Below, in pieces: positions 29,110-38,271 of a stretch of DNA of 64,000 nt. This stretch comes from an uncultured Alphaproteobacteria bacterium (GTDB lineage: Bacteria; Pseudomonadota; Alphaproteobacteria; Rs-D84), in contig CALXMR010000005.1 in NCBI GenBank assembly GCA_944389525.1, positions 362 through 64,361 of the forward strand, written 5' to 3'. How positions within the stretch are numbered: the first letter of the stretch is position 1; every line of letters starts with the position of its first letter. Under the pieces are notes generated by a model, which searched no databases, had not been told where the DNA came from, and saw nothing but the letters and a program-made list of their open reading frames with translations. The translations under genes and the position numbers were made by a program.

Positions 29110-29410
29110 TTTCTTGTCATTCTGGTGTGTGGGGGCAGGGCGACCGTGGCGATCCAGTGAATGCGATATGTGTCGCGTTGCGACTACATTATTTACTGGA
29201 TTGCTTCGCTATGCTCGCAATGACAAGGGGAGGGCTCGCAATGACAAGAGAGTGTGGTCGTTATTCGTTTCTTGTCATCGCGAGGGAACGCAGTGACCGT
29301 GGCGATCCAGTGAATGCGATATGTGTCGCGTTGCGACTACATTATTTACTGGATTGCTTCGCTGCGCTCGCAATGACAAGGGGGGGCACGCAATGACAAG
29401 GGGGCAGAGG
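29110..29410. repeat. Palindromic repeat element cluster
   Basis: Two ~88-bp direct repeats (29142-29229 and 29295-29383, ~97% identical) with internal palindromes. Additional ctcgcaatgacaag/cttgtcat motifs. Spurious ORFs read VIASAAKQSSK or LAMTRGG. Confidence 0.7.
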
Positions 29411-29416
29411 GGCAAG

Positions 29417-29992
29417 TTAAAACAGGGTGATTAATCCAACCCCCAGACCGGCGGCGATAATTGCGCCAATCGTTAATGGCCAAAAATATTTCTTTACAAT
29501 TGCGTTCGCGCGTTCTTGGAAAAAATACAGCAATGTTGCAATTATTGCAAAGCGACCTGTGCGGAATATTGCAGATACGGCAACAAATATCCACAGTGGG
29601 TACCCAATAAAGCCCAGCCATATTGCCAGTAATTTATATGGTATTGGTGTTACAGCAGTCAGAACAATTATCAGTATCCCATATTTACTGAACATCGGTT
29701 TTATCGCAGTTTCAATTAATTCAGGGTTTGTAAATGTGTTTACTATCCATTGACCCAGTGAATCCCACAGCCATGCACCAATCATATATGCCAATATTCC
29801 GCCGACAATCGACCCCAATGATGCGGCAATCGTTATTGGAACCGCGCGCCGTTTGTTTGCAATGATTGGTGGGGTCATGAATACTTCGGGTGGAATAAAT
29901 AAAAATATCGATTCGCAGATTGTTAATATAAATACTATCCATGAATATGCACGACTTTCTGATTTGCTGAGTATATATTCTGCGAATTTCAT
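29417..29992 (-). CDS. DedA/YqaA-family inner membrane protein
   Basis: Multi-TM protein with a SNARE-associated/DedA-like core. Confidence 0.55.
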   Translation of the reverse strand: MKFAEYILSKSESRAYSWIVFILTICESIFLFIPPEVFMTPPIIANKRRAVPITIAASLGSIVGGILAYMIGAWLWDSLGQWIVNTFTNPELIETAIKPMFSKYGILIIVLTAVTPIPYKLLAIWLGFIGYPLWIFVAVSAIFRTGRFAIIATLLYFFQERANAIVKKYFWPLTIGAIIAAGLGVGLITLF

Positions 29993-30063
29993 GTGTTTTT
30001 CCTTTCCTTGGTCAAAAAAATTTACTTGATTCTAAATTAATATCTTATAATTTACAATATATA

Positions 30064-30420
30064 ATGATGAAACGACAAAATAATTCTAATCGGGGTGCGC
30101 GTGTCGCCAGTAAAGTGCAAACACTGGTGGCGGAAATTTTGCGCGATAATTATGGCGAAGATAAGTTAATTTCTGGGGTGTCGTTGGTTGGGGCGGTGGC
30201 ACATGGGGGATTGCAATTCGTGCGGTTGTTCTATTATTCCCGTAATGATGATATTGATGCAGTACAGCGCCGGTTAAATGATATTACAAAAACGGTGCGG
30301 TATGAACTGGGGGCGCGAATGAATCAAAAATATGTTCCAGATATCCGATTCGAATATGATGACACTTTGGACAGGGCAGAGAGAATAGATGAACTGTTAA
30401 ACAAAATGGATGAAAAATGA
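30064..30420 (+). CDS. rbfA: Ribosome-binding factor A
   Basis: 118 aa. RVASKVQTLVAEIL KH-like N-terminus typical of RbfA. Confidence 0.7.
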   Translation: MMKRQNNSNRGARVASKVQTLVAEILRDNYGEDKLISGVSLVGAVAHGGLQFVRLFYYSRNDDIDAVQRRLNDITKTVRYELGARMNQKYVPDIRFEYDDTLDRAERIDELLNKMDEK

Positions 30421-30872
30421 AAGCAGGATTAAAACAAATTTCAATCGTTTCAACAGATGTGTTAAAAGATTGCTTTGCAATCGTTGATCAGGTGCATCCG
30501 TATGATGCAATCGCGCTGTTCCATAAAATGCGCGACGATGTTGAACGCCGGGGACATGTGCTGTTCGTGTTTAATGGTGCACATAACACCATGGGATTTA
30601 TCAAAGGACAAATAAATAAACCAAACTTTAAATCAATTACACCGTATGGGTACCAGGCGCAGATTGACAGTCTGTACGTAGATAAAAAATATCAGAATTC
30701 TGGAATTGGGCGGATGCTGGTCCAGGCGTATGAAAATTACTGTAAAAGCCAGAATGTTGCAGAAATTATATTACGGGCACTGCCGACAGAACAGGCAAAG
30801 AAGTTCTGTGAGAAGAATGGGTATAAACTTGTCAATAATACTGCAGTGATGCGTAAGTATTTGGTGCGATAG
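30417..30872 (+). CDS. GNAT-family N-acetyltransferase
   Basis: Acetyl-CoA binding motif [10 protein letters not shown]. Overlaps the rbfA stop. Confidence 0.7.
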   Translation: MKAGLKQISIVSTDVLKDCFAIVDQVHPYDAIALFHKMRDDVERRGHVLFVFNGAHNTMGFIKGQINKPNFKSITPYGYQAQIDSLYVDKKYQNSGIGRMLVQAYENYCKSQNVAEIILRALPTEQAKKFCEKNGYKLVNNTAVMRKYLVR

Positions 30873-30951
30873 TTCTGTCGCACCCTTTTTAAAAATTGGT
30901 TGCAAATCTAAATATACTGGTGTATCATTGCCGCAGACTATTGGGGTTTTT

Positions 30952-32751
30952 ATGAACCAAAAGAATATTAGAAACTTTGCAATTGTTGCCCATATTGATC
31001 ATGGTAAATCAACACTGTCAGACAGGTTGATTGAATATACTGGCGGACTGCAATCGCGCGAAATGAAGGCCCAGGTTCTGGATTCTATGGATATCGAACG
31101 CGAACGCGGAATTACGATAAAGGCCCAGACAGTGCGATTGAACTATACCGCGCGCGATGGGCAAGTATATCAGCTGAATTTAATGGATACGCCGGGACAT
31201 GTTGATTTCTCGTACGAGGTGTCGCGATCGCTGGCCGCGTGCGAGGGGGCGTTAATTCTGGTCGATGCAACCCAAGGGGTCCAGGCGCAAACACTGGCGA
31301 ATGCATATCTGGCGTTGGATAATGATTTAGAAATGCTGCCTGTGCTGAATAAAATTGATTTGCCGTCCAGTGATGTGGACGCCGCACGGGAACAGATCGC
31401 AGATGTTATTGGACTGGATGCGTCAAATGCAATATGCGTGTCGGGAAAAACAGGGGCGGGGGTGCCAGAACTGCTGGAAGAAATTGTGCATCGGTTGCCC
31501 GCACCAGATGGTGATGAAAATGCGCCGGCGCGCGCGCTGTTGGTGGATTCGTGGTATGATTCATACCTGGGGGTTGTGATATTGGTGCGCGTGGTAGATG
31601 GACAATTGACCCGTGGTCAGAAAATAAAATTTATGGCAACAGGGGCCGAATATACGGTTGAAAAAATCGGCTATTTTACGCCAAAGATGGTGGATGTGGA
31701 TGTTCTGGGTACTGGTGAAATTGGGTTTATTATAACTGGTATGAAAACAATTCATGATTGCAAGGTTGGTGATACAATTGTGGACAGTCGCACTGGGGGT
31801 GGGTGTGAACCGTTGCCGGGATTCAAGCCATCTGTGCCAGTGGTGTTTTCATCATTCTTTCCGATGGCCGCTGATGATTATCCAGCGTTGCGGGACGGGG
31901 CGGAAAAATTGGCACTGAATGATGCATCGTTCGTTTTTACAACAGAGAAGTCGTCTGCGCTGGGGTTTGGTTTGCGGTGTGGATTCTTGGGGCTGTTGCA
32001 CATGGAAATCATCAGTGAACGGTTGCGCCGTGAATTTAATCTGAGTTTGATAAGCACTGTGCCCAGCGTGCTGTACAAGGTGTATTTGCGCGATGGCACG
32101 GAATTGGATTTGGAAAATCCGGCCGATATGCCAGATGTTACGAAAATCGCGTCAATCGAAGAACCGTGGGTGCGCGCAACAATCATGATGCCTGATAAAT
32201 ATATGGGTGGTATTATGTCGCTGTGTTCGGCGCGGCGCGGAATACAAGAAAATATTTCTTATGTTGGTAATCGGGCGGTCTTGGTGTATCAGTTACCACT
32301 GGCGGAAATTGTGTTCGATTTTTACGACAGAATAAAGTCACTGTCATCGGGGTATGCATCGTTTGACTATGTGGTCCAAGGGTATCGGCCGTCTGATTTG
32401 GTCAAAGTGTCGATATTGGTTAATGATGAAAATGTTGAACCGCTGTCGTTCATATGTCATCGCAGCAATGCGGAAAAACGCGGACGGCAAATTGTCGAAA
32501 AATTAAAGGATCTGATTCCGCGACATCAATTTAAAATACCATTACAGGCGGCAATCGGCGGTAAAATTATCGCGCGTGAAACAATTGCCGCATATCGCAA
32601 GGATGTAACCGCAAAATGCTATGGCGGGGACATCACACGCAAAAGAAAGTTGTTGGAGAAGCAGAAGGAGGGAAAAAAACGAATGCGGACATTTGGAAAT
32701 GTTGAAATTCCGCAATCCGCATTTATAAATGCACTGAAGGTGTCGGATTAG
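30952..32751 (+). CDS. lepA: Translation elongation factor 4 (LepA)
   Basis: [23 protein letters not shown]-domain and the LepA-specific C-terminal domain. Confidence 0.92.
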   Translation: MNQKNIRNFAIVAHIDHGKSTLSDRLIEYTGGLQSREMKAQVLDSMDIERERGITIKAQTVRLNYTARDGQVYQLNLMDTPGHVDFSYEVSRSLAACEGALILVDATQGVQAQTLANAYLALDNDLEMLPVLNKIDLPSSDVDAAREQIADVIGLDASNAICVSGKTGAGVPELLEEIVHRLPAPDGDENAPARALLVDSWYDSYLGVVILVRVVDGQLTRGQKIKFMATGAEYTVEKIGYFTPKMVDVDVLGTGEIGFIITGMKTIHDCKVGDTIVDSRTGGGCEPLPGFKPSVPVVFSSFFPMAADDYPALRDGAEKLALNDASFVFTTEKSSALGFGLRCGFLGLLHMEIISERLRREFNLSLISTVPSVLYKVYLRDGTELDLENPADMPDVTKIASIEEPWVRATIMMPDKYMGGIMSLCSARRGIQENISYVGNRAVLVYQLPLAEIVFDFYDRIKSLSSGYASFDYVVQGYRPSDLVKVSILVNDENVEPLSFICHRSNAEKRGRQIVEKLKDLIPRHQFKIPLQAAIGGKIIARETIAAYRKDVTAKCYGGDITRKRKLLEKQKEGKKRMRTFGNVEIPQSAFINALKVSD

Positions 32752-33287
32752 AAATAAACACAATAAAAACAGGAGTTGCCAATGTTTGAAGTTATACAAT
32801 ATTTATTAAATAACAATATCAATTCAATTCGCAGTGATTGCGCAGAATATAAAATACTGCAACAAAAGTATAAATCTTTAAAGGCGCAAAAGAAAGCCGC
32901 GTATGCAAAATTGAAAGAATTTGGTGCATGTGTGTCGAATTACAAAACGTGTCAAGAATATGATTATGTTATAGATAATGGTTGTCCACCCGTCATAGAA
33001 AATGTAGTTGTTGAAGCTTACACGGAAACATTACATGCATGCGATAATTGGTCTGAAACGCCATGTCTTAACGAGAGTTGCCCGCATTTTGCTGAAAACA
33101 AAAATTATATCCGCATATTACAGGATTATAAAACAGTGTGTGATATGAAAAAGCGCTTTTGGTGTGAAAAGTTTAACCGTACTAAATAAAAAACAGATGG
33201 CGTGTTTTCTTGTTCGTTATGTTTTGAAAACGCCATATTTGTCAATTTTGGCGGAGTTTATAAATGCACTGAAAGTATCTGATTAAA
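32718..33287. repeat. Imperfect ~35-bp direct repeat of the lepA 3' terminus flanking small-protein gene A
   Basis: Copies at 32718-32752 and 33252-33287. tttataaatgcactgaa is an exact 17-mer. The second copy still encodes FINALKVSD-stop and differs only at synonymous sites. Confidence 0.6.
32782..33189 (+). CDS. Small basic Cys-motif protein, paralog A of novel family
   Basis: ATG 32782 with AGGAG RBS. Motifs KY(L/F), EYKxL, C-x-C-x3-5-C(P)x(F/Y) ... FW. Confidence 0.55.
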   Translation: MFEVIQYLLNNNINSIRSDCAEYKILQQKYKSLKAQKKAAYAKLKEFGACVSNYKTCQEYDYVIDNGCPPVIENVVVEAYTETLHACDNWSETPCLNESCPHFAENKNYIRILQDYKTVCDMKKRFWCEKFNRTK

Positions 33288-33297
33288 GGAAAATAGC

Positions 33298-33729
33298 ATG
33301 CTGAAAGAAATAATAAATTATGTGTTTTCAAAATCGCCATTGCGAATTTGGGTTGATTATGAAGACTATTTAATTATAAAAACAAAGTGCACAGAACTTG
33401 AGGAACGTATGCGTGATGCACGGCGTTTGCTGGTGCGGCCATATGTCACAAAATCAGAAATTAAAGAACCTATTGGTTGTATAAAACGACGGGTTGTTTT
33501 TCCCGTGCAGTCAGCAGAAAATATTGTTTGTGAAAGAAAATCATCTGTGATGAAGGAATATTATTGTGTGAATTTCAATGAAAGTGCACAGAGATTTTCT
33601 GATTCGTGCAATATTAAAAGCTGCCCATTGTATCAAAATTATAAAACGTATGCTGATTTAAAACGAAAGTACGAGTTCTTGTTGAATGAAAAAAAATCAT
33701 TTTGGCAAAACAAAATTTGCTTGAAATAA
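33298..33729 (+). CDS. Small basic Cys-motif protein, paralog B
   Basis: Same size and motif pattern (INYVF, SCNIKSCPLY, KSFW). Own RBS. Confidence 0.55.
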   Translation: MLKEIINYVFSKSPLRIWVDYEDYLIIKTKCTELEERMRDARRLLVRPYVTKSEIKEPIGCIKRRVVFPVQSAENIVCERKSSVMKEYYCVNFNESAQRFSDSCNIKSCPLYQNYKTYADLKRKYEFLLNEKKSFWQNKICLK

Positions 33730-33750
33730 AAATAGAAAAGAGGATTTTTT

Positions 33751-34167
33751 ATGGGTTTGTTTAAATATTTGTATACAACATCGTGGAATAAAATTCATCA
33801 AGATATCCAGGAATATAAAAGGTTGCGTCAGACAGAAAAAACGGCAGACAAGCTGATGTGGGAAAAATATTCACAAATAAAAATTGATTTGGGGCCACAA
33901 GAATATGATATCACCCAAACAACCAATGGCTGTATCGTGCTGTGCGAGCAATTGTTGCCGGACTTTGGTCGTGATACAGTGCCAATGCTTTTACTGCGCA
34001 GATCGGTGTGTCCATATTTTAAATATAAAGAGTTTTGTAATCGGTCAGATTGTGAATTCAGAACACAGCAAAAACAGTATGTTGAAGCGGTTGTTCGGTA
34101 TGACTTGATAAAAAGTGAATGCAGAAATTTTTGGCGCAAGAAATTTATCGCGTCAAATACAAAGTAA
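33751..34167 (+). CDS. Small basic Cys-motif protein, paralog C
   Basis: Motifs FKYLY, QEYKRL, SVCPYF...CNRSDCEF, RNFW. RBS AGAGGA. Confidence 0.55.
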   Translation: MGLFKYLYTTSWNKIHQDIQEYKRLRQTEKTADKLMWEKYSQIKIDLGPQEYDITQTTNGCIVLCEQLLPDFGRDTVPMLLLRRSVCPYFKYKEFCNRSDCEFRTQQKQYVEAVVRYDLIKSECRNFWRKKFIASNTK

Positions 34168-34186
34168 GATAGTACAGGAAAATAAA

Positions 34187-34582
34187 ATGTTTCTAGGAAA
34201 ATTAAAATATGCTATTCGTGCCCCAATTGTGTGTATAAAGAAAAATTGGCATGAATACAAATTTTTAAGCAAAGCAATTGATCGGGCTCAAAAGGCGTGT
34301 GACCAGGCTAGAGCAAATATAACAACGGTCAGTTTTGATGATGATGGATTGTCTTGTATTGTAAAACATAGCACATTTGTACGCTTTTCTGAAAGACAGA
34401 AAAAGCCATTTTATTGTGATTATGAAACGCATTGTCTGATGTGGCGTGAAGGCTGTACCGTAAAAACATGTCAATATTTTAATAGACATATTACGTACAA
34501 TAAAGCTAAATCTAGATTAGATATGCTGATGACACGAAAAAATAATTTTTGGTCACGAAAATTATCTGGAAAAATTAGATAA
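34187..34582 (+). CDS. Small basic Cys-motif protein, paralog D
   Basis: Start at MFLGKLKY (ATG 34187, AGGAAA RBS), not the ORF-track start at 34115. Motifs HEYKFL, CQYF, NNFW. Confidence 0.5.
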   Translation: MFLGKLKYAIRAPIVCIKKNWHEYKFLSKAIDRAQKACDQARANITTVSFDDDGLSCIVKHSTFVRFSERQKKPFYCDYETHCLMWREGCTVKTCQYFNRHITYNKAKSRLDMLMTRKNNFWSRKLSGKIR

Positions 34583-34595
34583 ATGGAGGTGCATA

Positions 34596-35015
34596 ATGTT
34601 TATTGATTGGGTTAAATATTTTTTAAAAACAACCAGGGCAGAAAGAATTTCAGATAGAAAAAAATACGATAATTTGAACACGGTATATAAAATAAAGGCT
34701 CAACAGTGCATCTTGGCATATAATGATTTGTTGTCATTTAATGGCGAAATGTCTTGTCGTTGTACAAAGATGAGTTTAAAGACAACTATTGACAATAATC
34801 CTGGGGGTAATAATACCGCAACAGGTCTTGTAAAAAGTATCTTTGTGGAATGCCCCAAGTTTTTTTATTATACGGAATGCGATAATGAAGACTGTTCGTT
34901 TTATGAAAAAAACAAAAATTTTGTTCGTTTAAATAATGAATTGGTGGAAGTGCGCTTGAAGCGGGATGCATTTTGGCAAATCACAGTTGATAAAAGGTTG
35001 GAAAAAATATACTAG
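34596..35015 (+). CDS. Small basic Cys-motif protein, paralog E
   Basis: GGAGG RBS. Motifs VKYFL, ECPKFFYYTECDNEDCSFY, DAFW. Confidence 0.55.
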   Translation: MFIDWVKYFLKTTRAERISDRKKYDNLNTVYKIKAQQCILAYNDLLSFNGEMSCRCTKMSLKTTIDNNPGGNNTATGLVKSIFVECPKFFYYTECDNEDCSFYEKNKNFVRLNNELVEVRLKRDAFWQITVDKRLEKIY

Positions 35016-35033
35016 ATATAGGTGAAAAAGACC

Positions 35034-36032
35034 ATGGCACATCAATTTTTTTTCAATCCGTTTATATTGGATAATTTGCCGGCCCCAGCAACAGGGTTTG
35101 ATGTTGTCCAGGATATTTCTGAACCACGGTTGCGTATGTATGTGACCAGCCGGGGTGTAAAAACATTCTTTGTGCGTAAACGCGTGCATGGGCGTGACCG
35201 GCGCATATTGATTGGTAATTATCCTGATGTGGATATCGAAACAGCGCGCGGGGCAGTGTCAGAGATTTTGACCCGTGCCATGGAAAAACCAGTTCAGCAT
35301 CGCCGTAAAATCACATTTCGCAAATTCTTGGATTTATATATGGCGAATCGTGTTCGGCGCAGTGGGTATTCGTACGATAAACTGGTTCGGGCCGTGAACC
35401 GTCATTTGGGGGGGCTGTTTGATAAAAATTTATCTGATATAACACCGGCAGATATATCAACAACAATTTCAAATATAGATGGTCGGGCAATTGCCGCGCG
35501 TATGCAAGAATTTCTGCAAAGTGTTTTTAAATATGCGGTGGAAAACGGGTATGTGGTGGAAAATCCAGTCTCGACATTGCCCAAAATATCACAAAATCGC
35601 CGCGTGCGCCCATTGAATAAATCTGGGTTCTTGCGATTGATGCGCGTATTACAGCGCCAGCCATCGCCTGTACTGCGGTCGGCGTTTTTGATGTTGGTGT
35701 ACGGTTTTGCACCAAAGTCCCAGGTTTTTGCAATGCAATGGCGTGACTTAGATTTTAATCATTACACATGGTGTGATCGGCCATTGTCAGATGCGGCGGT
35801 GGTATTGCTGCAAGATTTGCCCCAGGACAGTCGTTGGGTTTTTCCGGGACGGGGCCGGGGACATTTGACCGACCCGCGTGTCGCGTGGCGGCGTGTGGCG
35901 GTGGCGGCTGGGATACCAAATTTGACAATGGATGATGTTTATAAATTCTTGATGCGCCAGGTTGTCTGGGCGTCAGACAAGGAAGAGTTTCGTGCAAATA
36001 TGAATGCGCTGTTATCAGAACTGATGGCGTAA
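35034..36032 (+). CDS. Tyrosine recombinase/P4-type integrase homolog with degenerate catalytic residues
   Basis: N-terminal DUF4102-like arm-binding region (RLRMYVTSRGVKTFFVRKRVHGRDRRILIGNYPDVDIETAR). SAM-like core-binding region. In the C-terminal region the R, HxxR and Y catalytic positions appear substituted (GFAPKSQ, TMDDVYKF, EEFRANM). Confidence 0.6.
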   Translation: MAHQFFFNPFILDNLPAPATGFDVVQDISEPRLRMYVTSRGVKTFFVRKRVHGRDRRILIGNYPDVDIETARGAVSEILTRAMEKPVQHRRKITFRKFLDLYMANRVRRSGYSYDKLVRAVNRHLGGLFDKNLSDITPADISTTISNIDGRAIAARMQEFLQSVFKYAVENGYVVENPVSTLPKISQNRRVRPLNKSGFLRLMRVLQRQPSPVLRSAFLMLVYGFAPKSQVFAMQWRDLDFNHYTWCDRPLSDAAVVLLQDLPQDSRWVFPGRGRGHLTDPRVAWRRVAVAAGIPNLTMDDVYKFLMRQVVWASDKEEFRANMNALLSELMA

Positions 36033-36166
36033 ACATAAATTTCTGTAATTGTCAAGCGTTTGTTATCGTTTGTTATAATTCCTTGACACTGGTGGCGGAA
36101 AATGATAGTTTAGAATAATGACGCCCATGTGTGGGCCACAAATTTAACCTAAACAAAGGATAAAAA

Positions 36167-36400
36167 ATGACAACTTTTGAAAAAGTAAGAAAAATAGTCG
36201 CCGACAAATTGGGTGTACAGGAATCGAAAATCGAAGAAACATCTGCATTTGTTAACGATCTGGGCGCAGATTCTTTGGATGTTGTTGAATTCGTTATGGA
36301 AGTGGAAAAAGAATTCGATATCACTATCCCAGATGAAGAAGCAGCCAAACTGACAACAGTTGGTGATGCGGTAAAGTATATCGAAGCGCATAAAAAATAA
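36167..36400 (+). CDS. acpP: Acyl carrier protein
   Basis: 77 aa. DSLD phosphopantetheine attachment motif ([13 protein letters not shown]). Confidence 0.92.
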   Translation: MTTFEKVRKIVADKLGVQESKIEETSAFVNDLGADSLDVVEFVMEVEKEFDITIPDEEAAKLTTVGDAVKYIEAHKK

Positions 36401-36427
36401 TTCTACAAGGGTTTATAGACTCTGGGG

Positions 36428-36468
36428 GTTCCGTTGTGATATCTTGTTATTGCAACGGAACTTTTTTT
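36428..36468 (+). terminator. Rho-independent terminator after acpP
   Basis: gttccgttg ... caacggaac hairpin followed by TTTTTTT. Confidence 0.5.
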
Positions 36469-36534
36469 CTGTACGCGGGGCAAAAAACAGTCTATGATTG
36501 TCACAGGTATTTAGTTTTTTAGAAAGGATAATGA

Positions 36535-37788
36535 ATGAAAAGAGTTGTTATCACTGGTATGGGTATTGTGTCACCGGTTGGAACGGGGATTGAATACGCG
36601 TGGAAAAATATTGTCAATGGTGTTTCTGGGGTTCGTAAAATCGATACATTTGATGCGTCTGATTTATCGTCACAGATTGCGGGGTTGCCGATTATTGGAA
36701 CAGATGCCGGACAATACAATCCTGATGCGGTGGTTGACGCGCGCGAACAGCGTAAAATGGACAAGTGCATTGTATACGGCATGGTCGCCGCGGACGAGGC
36801 TATTCGTGATGCTGGATTAATTGACTATGATGGTGACAAAAGTCGCATGGGGGTATCAATTGGTGCCGGTATTGGTGGATTGAATACAATATATGACAAC
36901 TGTGTTGAACTGTATGCGAATGGTCCGCGTCATATCAGTCCATTCTTTATACCAAAGGTTATTATTAATATGACCGCCGGTCATGTTTCCATCAAGTATG
37001 GATTAAAGGGGCCGAACTTGTCGGTGGTGACGGCGTGCGCGTCGGCGGCGCATTCAATTGGTGAAGCGGTTCGTTTAATTCAACATGGTGATGCTGATGT
37101 CATGGTTGCCGGTGGTGCCGAAGGTGCGGTTGGTAAAATCGGTGTTGCTGGGTTCTGTGCGATGAAGGCGTTAAGTACGCGCAATGATGCGCCGACCAAA
37201 GCATCGCGCCCCTGGGACAAGGAACGCGATGGTTTTGTCATGGCCGAAGGTGCGGGTATTCTGGTTCTGGAAGAATACGAACATGCGGTTGCCCGTGGCG
37301 CAAAGATTTATGCCGAAGTGGCGGGATACGGTCTGTCGGGTGATGCGTATCATATTACTGCGCCGGCCCCTGGGGGCGAAGGCGGTCTGCGCGCGATGCA
37401 GGCGGCGTTAAAAGATGCCGGTATGCAGCCGGGTGATGTTGACTATATCAATGCACACGGTACATCAACAGGTTTGGGCGACCTGGGCGAATTAAGCGCG
37501 GTGCAAACATTATTTGCTGGCACAAATGTTTCGATGTCGTCAACAAAATCTATGACAGGGCATCTGTTGGGTGCCGCCGGCGGGGTAGAGGCGATATTCT
37601 GTGTCATGGCGATTCGTGATGGTATCGTTCCGCCGACAATTAATTTGGAAAATCCAGAAGATGCAGTTGGTGATTTCGACCTGGTGCCGAATGTTGCAAA
37701 ACAGCGGCCGGTTAATGTCGCGTTAAGCAATTCTTTTGGATTTGGTGGTACAAATGCCAGTTTGATTATCAAACGATTTGAAAAATAA
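36535..37788 (+). CDS. fabF: 3-oxoacyl-ACP synthase II
   Basis: KAS II: Cys-His-His catalytic residues. Conserved acpP-fabF linkage. 417 aa. Confidence 0.9.
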   Translation: MKRVVITGMGIVSPVGTGIEYAWKNIVNGVSGVRKIDTFDASDLSSQIAGLPIIGTDAGQYNPDAVVDAREQRKMDKCIVYGMVAADEAIRDAGLIDYDGDKSRMGVSIGAGIGGLNTIYDNCVELYANGPRHISPFFIPKVIINMTAGHVSIKYGLKGPNLSVVTACASAAHSIGEAVRLIQHGDADVMVAGGAEGAVGKIGVAGFCAMKALSTRNDAPTKASRPWDKERDGFVMAEGAGILVLEEYEHAVARGAKIYAEVAGYGLSGDAYHITAPAPGGEGGLRAMQAALKDAGMQPGDVDYINAHGTSTGLGDLGELSAVQTLFAGTNVSMSSTKSMTGHLLGAAGGVEAIFCVMAIRDGIVPPTINLENPEDAVGDFDLVPNVAKQRPVNVALSNSFGFGGTNASLIIKRFEK

Positions 37789-37814
37789 AAAACGGGGCAT
37801 CGCCCCGTTTTTTC
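37787..37814 (+). terminator. Rho-independent terminator after fabF (aacggggcatcgccccgtt plus T-run)
   Basis: Perfect GC hairpin followed by TTTTTT. Confidence 0.65.
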
Positions 37815-37857
37815 AAAGGCAAAGCGCAGAGTGCAATTGTTATCCGCGGTTTTCTCT

Positions 37858-37958
37858 CTCTTGTCACCCCGTGGTCAAGCCCACCGGGTGACAAGATGAA
37901 AAGTGTCATCCTGGGGTCAAGCCCCAGGATGACAAGAAAGACAGTCACGGGGTGACAG
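37858..37958. repeat. Three adjacent palindromes sharing tgacaag arms and tcaagc loops
   Basis: cttgtcaccccgtggtcaagcccaccgggtgacaag, gtcatcctggggtcaagccccaggatgacaag, gtcacggggtgac. Motifs related to the 29.1-29.4 kb repeat family. Confidence 0.6.
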
Positions 37959-38059
37959 ATTTATGAGTTGGGTGTAACTGGTGCTGTTGTTACAATAATA
38001 TTTTTGTTGATTTTTTGTCCCGGGGGTTGCATAATCGGCCTGCTTTGGTTGTGAATGTC

Positions 38060-38135
<76 letters not shown>

Positions 38136-38271
38136 CTGTTTGATATCTTTTTGGTAAATCAAGGGACATCATGTCCCGTTTATTTTTTCGCGGAAATTTT
38201 TATTCATATTTTTATTTTACATGTCATAAATATATTGCAATAATCTGTTGTAACGCAAAAAGGGTTGTTTT

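Larger units (their letters stand above)
32757..36032 (+). mobile_element. Putative degenerate integrated island at the lepA 3' end
   Basis: Insertion at a gene 3' end with target-end duplication. AT-rich composition versus flanks. Terminal integrase homolog at the far end. Boundaries are uncertain. Confidence 0.35.

Noticed and set aside
29142-29383. Possible CRISPR array
   Set aside because: Only two long (88 bp) repeat units with internal palindromes and a 65-bp spacer, and no cas genes. This is a palindromic element, not CRISPR.
28982-29396. ORFs 28982..29296 and 29031..29396 reading ...ARNDK... and ...LDCFAALAMTRGG
   Set aside because: They span the palindromic repeat cluster. These are the classic spurious translations of this repeat family, with no RBS and duplicated by the 88-bp repeat.
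34115-34186. Longer N-terminus for paralog D (MNAEIFGARNLSRQ...)
   Set aside because: It overlaps the end of gene C and lacks an RBS. The internal ATG at 34187 has an AGGAAA RBS and restores the family's N-terminal KY motif.
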